A DNA stretch of 64,000 nt from Phoronis australis (GCA_002633005.1 NMRA01000355.1:1-64000); one strand, 5' to 3'. Shown: positions 37,357 through 52,563, counted from the stretch's first letter. Numbers and translations are program-made. The notes: generated by a model not told the origin, from the sequence alone.

Positions 37357-38087
37357 CTACAAGCAAATGAGCAGCCTCAAAATAACGTCACAGTAGGTAA
37401 AATGCATCGTGCAAAAAACTGAACCAATTGCGGACGGGTCGGAGCTCAGGCACATCTTTAAAAACTCATAAAAGCTCGTTCGGAATCTTGCTTATTTCGT
37501 TTGTTTTTACAAATGTTGACGTATCAAACCAGCAGTGAAGGTGCACTTCGACGTTTTTCTTCTTTTTTCTTTTTGCACCTCGCCGTCTTGAGAAAATCCA
37601 ATATCAAGCTGACTGTGTTAAGGTTCTACGCAATCTCAATTGGCCCAAACTGTCCAATAGGAGAACGCTTTAGTACCAAAAGGTGTATTTTAAAAGTGAT
37701 TGACAAATTTAAACTCGAAATTCTACCTGTATTTAGGTGACTAATATCGAAAATTACAAAATAGGTCCCGTAATATTCACAACTCCATTACGAGCAAGAT
37801 TGTGGAATCCACCAGTGACTCGCAAAACACGTTTCAGAGCTTCCTGGGGTTGCACGAATTTAAAATTTGCGAATTCAAAAATAGCGCATCTGCATATTGC
37901 CTGCAAATTTTAGTCTCATTCGTCAACAGCCAAGATTGGATAAAGCTGAAGTGGTTTTCAATAACAAAGCGATTGAGTTAAGAAATTCGTATTGACAGCC
38001 ATACACATCTACGGGGTAAATTGTAGCGTGACTAATTTTTCTCAAGAAACGTTTTTTTTTCATATACATAAACACAGTTGCCAGTCG

Positions 38088-38297
38088 CAATGACAGATCT
38101 ACGTTTTCAGTGAGGGGGGTTAGTATTCGCACGAATCCGAGGCGCGTAGCGCCGAGTGGGGGGATGTCAGATTTTTTTAGTTTTTGTACAGTATCTGATT
38201 TAGTTTTCCCGCCAACGATTTTTTTTAATTTATATTTTTGATCCTGTCCCAGGGTGGGATAAACCACCTGAACCCCCACCCCGTGGATCCGCCTCTT
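38088..38297. mobile_element. Degenerate GC-rich MITE related to the GGATCCGCC-ended family
   Basis: Ends in ccccacccgtggatccgcct; internal palindrome ggcgcgtagcgcc; left end is a degraded inverted match (gacagatctacg). Confidence 0.5.
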
Positions 38298-41200
38298 GAG
38301 TCGTATAGGCAGGTATTCGGAAAACATTGCAACCCAATTAATCGTATTAAAACGGTTTCAGAGTATTTTTCATGATGTTGATATTACAATAACTTGACCC
38401 AATTCTCACAGAATCAAGAGCTTGGAATAGTATTTCTCAGGCCACGGCGTGGTTTTTTCTTTAACCTGACCAATTTAGACACAATTTTCAAAACATATCT
38501 CCTAACTGCATTAGTTTGTTGATCCCCAGTCATGCGGTCATATTGTCTTCAACTGCAGATTCCCTGACGAAACGGTGAGAAACACGCTTTTTCGGGCTTT
38601 GGTGGCCATCTGACTGCACATTTATATAATGCACGTGTCTGCATGAAGTGCTATTGGTGAAATATTGTCTTTCATAAATAGACGTTTTAATCTCTAACAT
38701 TTTCATAACGAATGCATTTTCATCAATCCGAAAAGGTTCTTAAGTACGTAGCATAATTCTTGTGAAAGTAACTCTGATTGGCGTTAATTCATTACATCTT
38801 CTTTGTATATGCAGTACATGTCTCTTCAAATATTCATCACGTTATATCACAAGTCCCTCGTCAACTTTTCTCCTTTGTGAGTATATTGATTTATAGTTGA
38901 CTTTTATATCATTTACATGTACATAAACTATCTACATTCTAAAACCCAGATATAATGCCCTACGTATTTTCCAGTTTGCATTTTTTCTTCGTTGTGGCTA
39001 TGTTTTTGCTATAAATGTTATTCGTTTAAAAAATCAAAAGCACTCCGCTGCCAGGTGTTGACATGTGTCTACGGTGCACAGTAAACAGCACGTCTTCAGG
39101 AGTGTTAATTAGTTTCGTGTAAGGAACAAAGAGACAGCAACGTGACCACAAAAGATATATTCAGTAGTCGGAATTGAGAAAAGTGTTAGTATCTCACTGT
39201 CTAAACTACCAACATGTCAACATGGTGAACATTTCAATGTCACGAAGGAACACAGCACTAAGCAGACATGAGGTTTGGCGAAAACAAAAGATGGACACAA
39301 AATGACATGATCCGCCCAAAAATTCACTGATACCGTCGATTTCTGCCAATCGGTTCTCTAGATAATATCTGGAAACGCGTTTCTCACAAAGATACTGAAC
39401 AAGTCCCTTGTCGAGACCAAAATGGCAGCTAGGGGTTGTTGCAGTAGCAGAGTTTGCCTGAGCATCGAGTAGTGATGGTGTGTGGTCGTCACGTATGGTG
39501 TCATGTTTCATTGAAACCTGTCACTCAGTTATGTACAAGTAGATGGCACCAGGAAACGCTTCCGTGTGACAAAGTAGGCTTACGACCGTGGTCTTGTCAA
39601 ATATCCAGCAAACAACTGCGCAATCGGAAAAAAATAACCTCTGAAGTGGTGCAATCCACCCGAACATCGACACGTGGTCGTCACATATCTTTATGTTAAG
39701 TTTCACTGACATCCATGGGTTCCTAAGGTATCACACGCATACACTCTTCCCAGAATTACTGAAAAGTGCTCTTGCTAGAACGAAACGGCCACTAGAGGGT
39801 CCTAGAGGATGCAAAATGGCACAAAAAGAGACCAGTTTCGGAGCATTGTCGCCACATACGTCTGTATCAAGTGTCATTGAAATCAGTGAGTAGGTTCTTT
39901 TTATACTATATTGAAATACGCTTTACCCAAATGTAATCCGAACGCCTTTGTCAATGGCTACAACGGTATGCTTCAGCCCTAAAATCAACTGTTGTCGTAG
40001 TATTACCCTCTAACAACTCCGATTCGATTTTCATCAGCTTTCTAGACATTATCATGAAATGCTCTTCCCATTAAACACTGGAACTACAGATTGAAAAGCG
40101 CCTTGCGTCATCCTCGTGATTCCGAACAACGCTCGCAGCAACCTTCGTCAAAACCCGGTCAATGTCTTCTGTGATGTCGAGCGAGCGCCTGACTGGACTC
40201 CCGGTCAAAATGATGACTAAAGGCACCCACACATGAATATGGATGCACGTGCCAGATTTCCTCTGTGCTGACATCTGCAAAAATGTGCGTGCACATCCAT
40301 GACCTCCATGAGCATGAATGTGCTTTTTGAACGAGAAAGCGGAAAGGAGCTCATCACGTGTGTTTCTCTTGGTTTGATTTCAATGCAATAGCTAGAAAAT
40401 CTTTCGAGATATTGCAGGCCTGCAACCAATTACAAGGGGTAACTATGACAAAATATTTATTGCAAGATTCCAAAGCGTGAAACCTCGCTTATCAAAAATA
40501 AACTAAACAAGTTTGAAATTCCAACTGAATGCTCCATCAGCGACCCAATCATCATGCGTCAAATAGAGTTTCCATTGAGGTCATTGGAATTTGATTGACA
40601 TTGATTTTTTAGATTTTTTCGGAGAGAACTAATTAAGTTTAATGTCAAAGCTCGTGATGAAATTTCAAAAAACGTTAATACAGTTTCTAAATTTTCATTT
40701 CCTTTAAATTTTATGCAAAGAATAGCTGACCCATGTAATCATTGAGTCAATTCACGACTTAAACGTCCAGGCACTTTCTAGTCAAGGAAGGTGTTTGGGA
40801 TAAAGTGATGCACCCTCTACTTATTTCAGTTCAACAGTTTTCAAAAGCCGCTACATCAGGATGCATTCAATCTGAAATGAATGAAAAACCGATGTATGCA
40901 GTTACTGGCCTAAGAAACTCTGGTACAAAGAACGACAATAGTCTATAACCACCAGCGTTCGAAACTATACACGCTGGTCCGGTGGCCCGGGATTTGTGAC
41001 CGGGCCAGTAAACTTTCATATATGGAACCATGCGGATGTGGTCTCATATTCAAATAACTGTACCTTTTGTTTGCTGAAGTTCGAACACTGCTCATCACCA
41101 CTGAGCCTCAAAATAATTGATGGAATTTGTTTCAATCAAGGTCTGACATCTAATCAATAAAACGATTTCTTCATCACTACACCGCGCGATCGTGTCAATA

Positions 41201-43383
41201 AACTTCGTCTTACAGTGGTGAAAATGCCTCCGATTTTATAGGAAGTTACCATTCCGTGATGATTAATTGCGTTTTGCGCAGTCCAGTTGCTATCATCGCG
41301 CACTACGGAGTTGATAAGCTATTTTTGTAATCGTCGAACATCACGTGACTAGCATTTTGTTCTGACCACTGAATATCGAGCATCAAGCTGGTTCTCCACT
41401 AGCCTAATATAATGTAACTTTATAAAACCGCTCAAACTTATTAAGAATGGTGGCCATACAGTATAGCTACGCCACCGACTTAATCATTTAAAAACCGTTT
41501 TCGACTAACTCTCCGTTATTTGCTGAATGGAAAACAGCCAAAGTGACTATCATTCACAAAAAGGTTAGCAACCTTGAACCTGAATACAGCGGTTTAATTC
41601 ATCATTTCCCGTATTCCCACAATCCTTTAGCTCATTGCCTATTGGTCAACGGCGAATTAAATATTCTTTACCATCTTTGAGTGTGTACGCTCTTACTGTA
41701 CTCGTAAAAGCTCAAGTTCACTTCTAATTAATCGTGTGAGATCTTTGAACTAACGCCTCATAAATACGTGTGGACGGTCATTAACCGTTGGATGAGCTTA
41801 GCCAGTGGTATGCTATCTTGGGCCCGGGGATTGTTTTGACATTTCTTTATATACTTTTTTGGTGGGAACTCGAGATACATGTAATTGCCCGTTTTAGCTG
41901 TTCAAATGAGTTATAGTCTATGCTAATTAATTTCTAGTCTAGGTTCGCCCCTGATGACCCCTACATTCGAGATACAAACTCGAATAAAAATTCGAGTAAG
42001 AACTCTTACTTTTGAACTCAGAGCCGAACTTACATGTATAGCCTTTTACACGATGGATTCATCGGGTGCCAGCCATTCACCTAAATCATAACTTACTCGA
42101 GCTCAGAATAGTAGACGCTTACATGTATCTTGGAGTTCCCACAAAAGTAGAACGGAAGAAGTTAGAAATAATTTCAAGCTCAATTTCAAGAACGACTATT
42201 GCACCCGGGTTATTTGTAATTATGTCATTCTGTTTCTTTACTTGTTTGTTTTCATAACTCATTTTACTGTAATCATTTCAATACGCTACATACTGTTATA
42301 GCGTAATAAACTCAGTCGTGTAATAGTTAAATTCTTGTGATGTTGTACTGGGCCAATCTGTTCGCTGACTCTATTTCGGTGTTCAAACCACGCAACACTT
42401 GTTGATAGAGGAAGCCACACAAATGTTCCTTATGAAAAACACATTTTGTTAAGTTCAATTCGAGTTTTGTGGAAGAAGAATGCCACTTTTTGTTTATGTG
42501 CAGCGCATACCAAGGTTTTCAGGTACAAGACTAAGTGGTCGCTTTTGTCATACATGTACGCCCACATAACTTAAATTTCAATTTATATTTGCGATGAGAA
42601 CTCCTGAGAGCTCTCACTCATATACTGTTATTCACCCACTATGTTCTCAAGCGTCATCATACACCGTCTATTTTGTACCACAAATGACAATTTGCTATAT
42701 TATGCTACACTCCAGACGTAAGGCCATACCTATCCATTTCAATTAATAAACCTATATTTTGAGTAAAGTTCTTTTGACCACACCTCAGTGGAGTACAGAC
42801 GATAAAAACCATTAATCGAACCATGACCTGTTCTCACATTGCAGTACAAGGGAAATCATCAAAACAAAACACCTGTATAGATAACACTCAATCTCCAAGC
42901 AACTTTTTAATATGCAAAAGATGCTTAAAGATATTGTTTACTTTCCATTTACAGGACGAGTTTCGTCAATTGAAATAGGCCAGTAAAATGTAAACGTTTC
43001 GCACATTACATGTACACTCCTGTCCGTGTTTGCTTTATTTTGCTATTATCACTTCAATATGCGAGATTAACTCATAAACCTAATTTCATATTGCGGCAGC
43101 TGAGTGAATACCCATAATGCACAAATCATTTGTCCCTTACTACATTGGTCATTTTAGGTGATGGTGTACGAACCACAAAAAAATAACCTAAAAAGCATAT
43201 TAAATGTGGATAACTTTGAAAATATTTGGAGTTGTGTTGAATGAGCATCATTTGAGCTTGAGGCTCAACAATATTAACTTGTGTTAAAATCCGTTTTATG
43301 AAGTTGGAAGCGTAAAAATCATTTTTGAACGATGACCTGAAAAGATTTGGATATCCCTGAATTGGTTTAAACCCACAACTTAC

Positions 43384-43460
43384 CTGTTACACTTACAAGA
43401 GAACCAAGAATGGAGTGGATCATAAAACTGACGTCAAATTTCCGTTTCTTAACGAAAAAG
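43384..43460 (-). CDS. Amt: Ammonium transporter, coding exon 4 (below the ORF-track cut-off)
   Basis: aatttcag|C...G|gtaagt, 77 nt, phase 2 to 1: SFFVKKRKFDVSFMIHSILGSLVSVTG (L..LV.IT motif). Confidence 0.9.
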
Positions 43461-46337
43461 CTGAAATTAGAACATATATGTTAAAAGACGTTTAAATGTA
43501 ATCAGTTGAGACACCAATAAGATACATGCACACACACGCGTGCATGCAAACGCACAAGCACTGAAATACTTTTTAATGAGCCGAAAACAAAATTGTATCC
43601 ATATCAGCACATGGGAAATAAATAATCAGAGGGCATGTTTTCGATAGTGGTTTTGTTTGTTTTGACATACGTTACTGACTCCAAAATAAATTTTGAGCAT
43701 TCGGGTCAAGTTTTATGAAATCAGTATTAACCATTCTTGTTTCATTTAACCAAAAGTGTCAGTGACGTTGTGGGCAAGCTGTGCAGTACAAATGGCGTGT
43801 GCGTGCGTGCGTGAACGTAAATGTTCGCCCTTTAATCCGCGAGCCGGGACACCACGTGATGTACAAGTACACGCTTTTGTCAATCATACATGCAGTCTGG
43901 ACAGAACTTTATCCCGGGAATGCCAACTTCGATCTTGTGTTGCTGAGATCGCGCCGCGCATGCGAGGTATTGTTTTGAATTCGTTGGTTCTGGTGTTGCT
44001 TATTCCTACGGAGTTTACTGTCGATAAAACATATTGCAACTCCGCCGCCGTTTTTCAACCAAATTGCATAAGAGTCATATCATTATGAAGGCCTTCTTCA
44101 GTTCTTGATGGTCACGTTTCAGCAGAAGCAAATGATGAATAATTTAATTAATAAATGATCATCATTTTACATACCTATCGGGTTTAAAAATATTTTTTAT
44201 TTAAAAAACAACAGTGTTACAAAAATGCAAAAAGTGAAATGGTTTGATTCAAGGCTTTCTGATAGTTAAAAAATGATCAAACATATAGTGTGAAAGGCTT
44301 GGATTGTACTGGAATGTCAGTATTCGTTTGTAAATAAAGTAAAAATTAGTGATCCTGATAAATGAAGAGTGTGTCTTCGTAAACAAGAGACATTGCAACA
44401 CATTTTTACGATTTTTATGTTACTTAAGAAAGTGAACTATAACAATATTCATTGCAACATTCATAGTTGTCAACATTCGAGAATGAAAACACGAGAGAAT
44501 TGTATTGAAAAGCGGGGATTCCCGATAAAATGCGTGGCATTTGGGTCAATGCCAAAACGCTAGGATGAATTGTTCGCCACAATACACATCACGACAGCGT
44601 TTTGTATCGAACAAGAACCGTTACACCCGAAAGCGTTTTTTTGTGTTTTTAAGTCGATTGGGAAAGTGCAGGTGCCTCAAAAACCCACGGAAAGTCCTTT
44701 ATCGTTTTAGTCGAACGGGAAAATGGTGCCATCTCGCGTGGAAAATTACAGTAGTTTATGACAATATGTGTCTTATGGCAAAAAGCGGGATATTTTGGAG
44801 GTGGGGCGGGATGGCGAGAAACTTTTCAAAAGTGGGATAGTCGGCCAAGAGCGGGACAGACGGCAAACACAATGTAGCCTATCAGCAAAACAAATCATTG
44901 GACTGGATTTATTGACAAAGCAAACTTTTCATTTTTGCATTTCATTTCATGGGTACAGGTAAATTCTACAGATAACATTCATTGCTCAGAAATCGAAGTT
45001 ACAGAAAATACATCGGCAACTGGTAGACATTTCCTAAATGAATTGCTATAGAGCCATTGGAAACAATAATGACTGATGCAAAGACAAAAAACACTTACAT
45101 GTAAGCTATGCAAATACGAGTAGGTTTTCAAAAGTCACGTAAACACACCTGCTGGTAGGGGCTAAACTATCTGTTTATAATTGCTAAACATACACTCATA
45201 AACCAAATGTCACTTCCTTCCGTATAATATTGTAACATGATTTAAACACCCAAATGTCTTATTGAAAAATTCTTGACATGTAGTTTGACAGGTTGTCAAA
45301 AGTGGCTCAAAGAGTGGAGAAGAAAAGATGTCAGAGGCCAGACTATTCCCGATATTCGGCCAGGGTCAAGGGTCGGTGTGTAAAAGGAATGACCAAAGCA
45401 ACTGTCTGGTATGTAGACTAATTTTGCCGAAAATGCTTGTTGTCTAGAACCGAAGCTCAAGAGTCTCACGGCACTCGATGAACGAAAATGGCAAAATGAA
45501 AATGAAGCATTGAAAAAATGCTTGATTTGATAACTCCAACACTCGATCAAAATTGTGGCAGGCAGTCAGTCGGAAATCCTCAACTCAAAACTCTAGCGGA
45601 TTTTTCTTGCGGTCGCAAGCTCTACATGTAATAATAGAAAACATGCACATTGGTCACCTGCAGGAGTTGGCATTCCAGAGATAGAGTTCTATGGTCTGAA
45701 TACGAGGTCAATGCACTCGGAAAGCGACATTTGCGATGAACAAGAACACGCCTGATTGATTTCCGACCCTTAATGGCAGGAAACAATTTTTGTTATCACC
45801 GATGTCAAATTTCCGAAGCTTGCTGAGTATCTGTGCGGGAAATTTCGTTATGTAAGATTTTTGAAGCGGCTACAAAACCGCGTTCTGACCAAAAAGGAAC
45901 TTGTGATATGAATTTTCACCGCTATGAAAAAATATACTTGAGTTTGCAAAGCGGTGAAAGTTCGTTATTCTTTGAGACAATGTTCCACACGTAAAAAGAC
46001 ACGCTGTGACAAGCCAACATGTAGAACATTGACAAAATACAAGTTAGTTCGAGGCCTTGAATTCACTTCTAATTTGATTGCGGAACAAATTGAGACCAAC
46101 TTGGGTCCAAAATTTTTAGCGGAAGGTGGGTTTACAGACGCTGTTTAGAGTTCTGAAAAAGGCAACATTACGAAAAAACATGTTTCTGCAATGGACATCC
46201 TCAAGAATTCAAGGATTCAGTAGAAATTCCAAAATCAAACAAGTAATTAAAAATACACTCTCATAACTAAATAAAGCTTCTCAGAAAGTGTTTATGGGGA
46301 GCTTTTCAAGCTTCAAACACAGTAAAATACGTATAGC

Positions 46338-46492
46338 CAGTGGCGGATTTAGAGGGGGGCTAAGGGGCCCCATTACCCGCTAAAACTCTCCTAGATTCCA
46401 TTTGGCAATTAGAGGGTGTGAATGTCTGACGGTCAAAATCCTGGCTAATACTCTGGCCTGCCCCCCTAACTAAAAATCCTGGATCCGCCCTG
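46338..46492. mobile_element. MITE, CAGTGGCGGAT...ATCCGCCCTG family (short copy)
   Basis: Terminal inverted repeats and the shared aaaatcctggatccgcc end; no clear target duplication. Confidence 0.75.
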
Positions 46493-47184
46493 CCTACTGA
46501 TTGACAATTTATATATTCCGAATTTTACATCCCCTTCAAGAGCTTGCGTATCCCACATTACGAAACTAATATTGACATGGCAACGCTTTTTATATTTTGA
46601 GCGCAAAGCCTTTTGAGATCCCCTGTATAATGTTTTTTTCCGAAAAATACCAACACAAATTAAATTGATGAATTGACATACTTTTCTCAAAGACAACCAT
46701 CGGTGAACGAGCACCAGTTTTGCTACAGATTTCATCCAGAAAATGGGTTTTAGCTAAGATATCGATCTCTGTAGGGCACGTTGCTTACCGCCACCATGAG
46801 CCAACTTTGAACTTCCAAGGCAAAAATCACCAATATTCCCAATATTCTACATATAACTTTACACAGAGCTAGACCGTGGTGTCTTCTCAAAATCAAACTT
46901 CATTGAAAAACCAGTATAATTTGTGCCCATGCGCAAATGGGAAGTCACAAATATTTCGCAATCGTAGCTGCTAGTCTGCTACCTGAGGCAGTTGATCTCG
47001 AATGTTCTTGTGGAGCACGCGTCTTTCATTGGCATGATTTTCGTAATCCGCTTCCATAGTAAGAACCTTGATCTACGGATTTGATCTTAGTAAAGTACTT
47101 GATACTGTAACCACAAAGATGTGTATTGTATACTTAGATTGTACATGTATCTGCTGTCTCTTTAATATCAAATGTTATATTTAC

Positions 47185-47316
47185 CTGATACCAAACCCAG
47201 AAACTCCACCCGCCATTGACGAACATAAAGTTGCGACGGCTGCGCGCGCAGCAATCTTCCATCTTCCCTGAGAAATTCCGTAAGTACTTCCGCAATTAAA
47301 CCCAAGCCAGCCCCAC
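47185..47316 (-). CDS. Amt: Ammonium transporter, coding exon 3
   Basis: ccaacag|G...AG|gtaaat, 132 nt, phase 2/2: WWGWLGFNCGSTYGISQGRWKIAARAAVAT (GW.GFN.GS motif). Confidence 0.95.
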
Positions 47317-47827
47317 CTGTTGGAGATAATTGTTATAACGCTTAATAATATTTGTCTCAAGTAGATGTAAAAGACTTGTAAGCGATGAACTAATTTACTT
47401 CTTACAATCTTGAAAAACTCAATTGCATAACAACTGGGAATTCCAGAAAGTTAGGTGGCGTAGGGTGATTTTGAGTTTCGATTGAGACACATAAAATACT
47501 GACTCCATACACTTATTAAAACCGATCATCCTATTGCTAAGATTAACCTAATGATATTTGTATTTCACACCACTGTCCTCAGGGAAAACCTGCTCAGAGT
47601 TACCCTGTAAATTTTATGTAACACGTGGGCCAAGGTCTTAAATGTTGAGAATAAATAAACTATAAACTAAAAATCAGTCGGTGATATCCAGAAATCTGTG
47701 CATGACACGAAAATCGTAAATTTTAACTGCTAACTTTAGGTGGCTAACTCATCAAATTTTGTTGGTTTAGGCGTTATAGTACTTTTCGTCCCTAAAGTGG
47801 AATACACATACATATGATGTCACTTAC

Positions 47828-48383
47828 CACAGCATAAACATGCCTAGAAGCGAGTTCGTCGGACATCCCATAGATAGAGACGATTTCTCATCTTCAGCGA
47901 ATCGCTTATATCGTGGTCCAATCATAATAGTCGCCACCAGACCAGTAACTCCGCCCACTAAGTGCACGGGCCCCGCCCCTGCCACGTCAACAGCACCGAG
48001 TTGTTTCAACCAACCGTTTCCAGCCCAAATCCAGTGAGCGGGGAAACAATAAACAAACGTGTTTAACAAAGAAAATACCATGTACGCGGACAGTTTTGTC
48101 CTTTCTGCCATACATCCGGAGACAATAGTAGTGGAAGTTGTGGCGAAAGACATCTGGAAAAAGAAAAGTGAATACAGCCATCCCATGTCCTCATCCGAAG
48201 CCTCTGTGAAGAAGTACCCCCAACCACAAAACGGGTTCGAGTACTTCGGATCTTCACCAAATGCGAATCCAAAGCCAAGCATCCAAAATGTTATACCGCC
48301 AAACACGACATCGGCAACATTTTTGATCATGATGTTAACCTCGTTCTTGAGAGATACGCTCCCCGATTCTAACAGACCAAAAC
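47828..48383 (-). CDS. Amt: Ammonium transporter, coding exon 2
   Basis: ctctttccag|GT...TG|gtaagt, 556 nt, phase 1 to 2; GFGLLESG, FFFQMSFATTSTTIVSG.MAER, AHWIW..NGWL, DVAGAGPVHLVGG (first pore His), GPR. Confidence 0.97.
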
Positions 48384-51300
48384 CTGGAAAGAGAACAAAT
48401 AAATCTGAATGCAGTTTACTGTATATGATGCATAAAGACACTTTCTGTGTGTGACCATAGATTATAGTACATGGACCGCCGACCCCGTATATTTTCAATG
48501 GGCGAATTAGGTGATCTTACGCATATGCCGTGACGTCATTATTCACTAGCGAGACATGGCAGATATAGCACGCATTTCTTCCGGCAAGTAAGTCGTCTGC
48601 TAATCATGGTTATTTCGTCGGGATTTGAATCGGCGATTTTGCCAAACTCACATCCGCGTTTCGATAAATTGAACGCTCTTAAAACGTTAACATTTCAAAT
48701 GAACATATTAATACTCCAGAAGTACCCACGACGCCTACTCAAAAACCAGTCTCGCAATTCAACAGTAGTTTACTTGACGTTTCATTTTAAGCTCGAATGC
48801 AGGCCAGTGCCAGTCAAAATTTCCGGACTCTACGTTTGGAAGACCTTCAGTTAGGTTTCAATGCTGAAATAATTTTTTCGTTATACTAGACAGTGAAATA
48901 CATGAAAGAATTTCCCGTCCCGATACACCGACCATAACATGAGCTCGCTATGTTCAGAGGGTGGCGCCTGCTTGGGAAATGTCGGGGTTGCGAATCTGTT
49001 GTCTACAATCTATTGTGTGAATCTGATAATACAAATGAAAGAGCTTTTAAGCTCTAATTTCAAAATTAGGAGCAACTACAGTGCATAAGTATTGCACACG
49101 TAACCATTATTCACAAGCGGACTCTTCTTCATTTTGTGAGTAAAAAACTGACCTGGAACCTTGGTCTAATTTTACAAAATCATTGTAACTCTACTACTAT
49201 TTTTCTGCAGAGTCTGAATTGAGACTTGCCTCAAACCTTACATCAAGTCTTCGCACGCGTAAACTTACTACTAAAGTGTTCAGATGAACAATGCCGCGTA
49301 CTTTTTTTTTCATTCACAACTGAGCTTTTGCAAAAGTATACGAAACTTTTCCTTTTAGTCTTTTTCGTCGTATCCCGCTGAATCGAGGCTGTTTTACTTA
49401 ATTTCGATACCATCGTCTGCTCGCACATTTCAATTCACCGTCGCTGCAGGTTGACTCGTAACGTAAAATCTGCTTTTTGCAATACAGTCGTTACCTCAAT
49501 TTCTGCAAAGCAGCACAGTTTCCATCGTTATTTTCCAATGCTCGTTTTATACACATTTTTAATAATTAAAACCAAAAACGTTACCAGAATGAGAAAAAAT
49601 AACGAAGTATAATAATGAAATCCTTCATGTTGTAATTGGCTTCATAATTAACTAATTATTTGGCCAATTCAGTGTAATGTCAATTAATTTATTGTCTAAT
49701 ACTAACCCCATAAAGAGTTAAACCAGATAAATTAAAAATGACTAGTTAAATAATTTAATTTATTCGAAAAATTAAAGATTTAGAATATGAATCAGGCAAT
49801 TAGAGTTTCCATATATAAATTAGTCATTCATTCATTCAAAATTATATATATATTTACATATTAATGAGATTTGGTGCCGTTTGATACAATTTCGCTCCTT
49901 CAGTGAAAACTCAGGATGCAGTGCCATGTACACATATATCATATACTAATTACTACAACAAACTAGTACATGTATGTGAAACTGGCAGATGAGGGTTTTC
50001 TGGTAGTAAAAATGGGCAAACATGTATTCAGTAACTTTGTTTTGGACAACTCATAACATTTGTTTTAGTGTAAGATTTCCCAAAGAAATTTAGACACGAA
50101 CTCATTTATTCAGAAACTAAAAGTTAGTGATCCTAAGACTAGTCGTGTGTGTTGCCGTAAAAAATAAGTTAGAAAATTCGGAACACAGTTTTACGATTGC
50201 TTTGTTACTAAAAATATTGGACTCCGGAAAATAACGGGATAGAATGTTGACTAATAACTAGTTTTGACGAAAGTACATGTATGGAATGAAAACCTCTTGG
50301 ATTTCGACATCCGTCACTTTTTCCACCTTTTCTCGTTCCCTGTCGAACGACTTTGAAATTAGGAACACGACATTTCGAAAACAGTTTGATCAAATTCAAT
50401 GAAACTTCCCAATGTTATTATTTGCTTATCGATCTTGAAAATGTTTTTAGCAATTTCAGAGCTTGGCGTGCATTTTCGTTTTAGTAAGACATCTACCATT
50501 ACAAGAATTCTTTTTCATTTACTTAGGCTGTTTCTCTAAGTTAATTTAGCTTTTTAGTAAAGCCAAGCTAAACAAGAAATAAAAACCCAAACAGTGTTTT
50601 GCAGACCAAATATGAAAACTTCAAATGCACATGTATATGGTTTGATTAAGGTCAATTTACGGGTCCTTTTGCTATCGGTGTACCTTTCAAACTAAAAGGA
50701 TGACTTAAAACATGTGTACGTGAAAGTAGAACCGGCATACTGGTGACAATTATATTTTCCGAATTCCTTACAGTTTCCTGTTATTTTTGAGAATTGAGTT
50801 AGAGTGGAGGTCACTAAATAAGGTTTCCCATAATTCCAAGCCCATTCAGGACGTACTCAGACTCTAGATCTTTTCTCAAGTTGCTACGGAAGCCTTTGAT
50901 GCGATAAAACAAGAAAAACAACAATTAAGCGAATGTTGAAACCTAGCGACTTCTACAGCCCAATCAACTAAATTGAAGGTGTGAAAAAGATCAGTGTTGT
51001 CTGAATTTTTTTTTCAACATGCACTGGTCCAAGGTTTCGCACTTCATTCTCTATTTTATATTTCCGTGTTTTCCGTATATGGGGAGGGGAAAACTTATTG
51101 CCCCCAGTCTATAATATTTACCCTCATAAATATAATTCAATATTCCAATTTATTATTATCCGCGTACAGTATACGAAGTGTCTTGAGTAACGACTGAGTC
51201 TGTTGACAAGTAAATCAATGTGCATGCGTCATCATGGAAAAACGGTTCACAGATCATTGCGTTATACATGTTGCATTTCGCTTTGCATTGCACGCAAAGA

Positions 51301-51556
51301 GGTAAGGTGACAGTCCTGCAAGCTGAAAAATTACCAGCTAACTGAAAGTTATGGCCGCCTGGAAATGCTTTGGTCGATTGAAAATATTCGATACAGCATG
51401 AAACCGAATAAAAACATAATCCGTCATGTTGACGTTTACTGATCTTTTATACTAAAACTTAAGTAAGTCCAACAACCAACACGACGATTTCAGTTGTTTA
51501 AAATTGTCATCCATGCGCTTTGTCAGCATTTATTTATACTGGGACAAAAAATTTAC

Positions 51557-51677
51557 CTGACTGCATGGTAAAAATGACGAAGGAACTCGTCAGGATCCAA
51601 GTAGCGTCATCCCAGCTGATGTGCGAGAAAGGCGAGTCTCGTCGAACGAAAGTGGCAGATATTTCCGACGAGTTCAT
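51557..51677 (-). CDS. Amt: Ammonium transporter, coding exon 1; spliced protein 617 aa
   Basis: ATG at 51677, 121 nt: MNSSEISATFVRRDSPFSHISWDDATWILTSSFVIFTMQS-G|gtaaat, joining exon 2 as MQSGFGLLESG. All seven exons sum to 1854 nt. Confidence 0.93.
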
Positions 51678-52563
51678 TGTCTGCTCACGTCTTGGTCTTT
51701 TTAACAAGTACACTTACAACCGAAGACCCATTATCTCACTCTACCACATATCCAGCACGCATCCACTTTCCCTGATTAATAGATTTCCACTGCGCAGACA
51801 ATAACAGATGACTCGATACTCAGGGCAACTAGAACGCGAGTCACGTGATCGGCCACAGTTGCCAGTTTGAGTTTTGATTACCACAGGCGTTAGAATGTCA
51901 TTACAAACTGTTAAATTTGATAATCGTTTAATTTTCGATTTTAAACTAAGATTAGTTGCACGCGTTTTAGTGAGTAACATCAAAATTAAGACGTACGGGA
52001 TTTACAGATGTTTCAAACACGTAAAGTGGCCACATATGAGATTTCCTCCATACAAGACAGTGTTAGTTTGGCCTCCTTAGTTTTACATGTAGGTATAACA
52101 AGACAAAAGAAAGCTTGTCATCGAAATAGATACGTGTCCCAACATAATATTAAAATTAGCAAGGAACGTACTTACGCCATCTCTTTTAAAAGGGAGTATT
52201 GTCTTTTCAAAGTATTTTGGTGTATTTGAAATATTTATTTACTACCCACGCAACCGACTCTAAAGACAACAGCCTCGAGTCGTCTACACTTGCTGTTGAG
52301 GAACCACTGGAAACAGTTACAAATACCATAGAATTTCTTCTCGGTTTGTAGGGTTATGAGAAAAGTCCATTTCCCTCTTCAATCATTACCAAAAATATAT
52401 TTCTTACTGACAACATATATGTTTGTGTTCTAAGTGATTACTTAGGTAACAGGTTATAGCATAAAAAACAATTTTCTGATTTTTCGTTTGAATATCCTAC
52501 TTATATATGCTTGTAGATGACGTACTTACTGCCTTAACAACAGGCTGTCACATGCAAAATGTT

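Noticed and set aside
48384-48498. N-terminal extension MKIYGVGG... of the 224-aa Amt ORF
   Set aside because: Intronic read-through; the true exon starts at the acceptor at 48383 and joins exon 1 at 51557.
10202-48538. Multiple full CRE sites (TGACGTCA) around the PKA gene
   Set aside because: They are scattered through repeats, introns and coding exons with no promoter clustering, so no regulatory claim is supportable.
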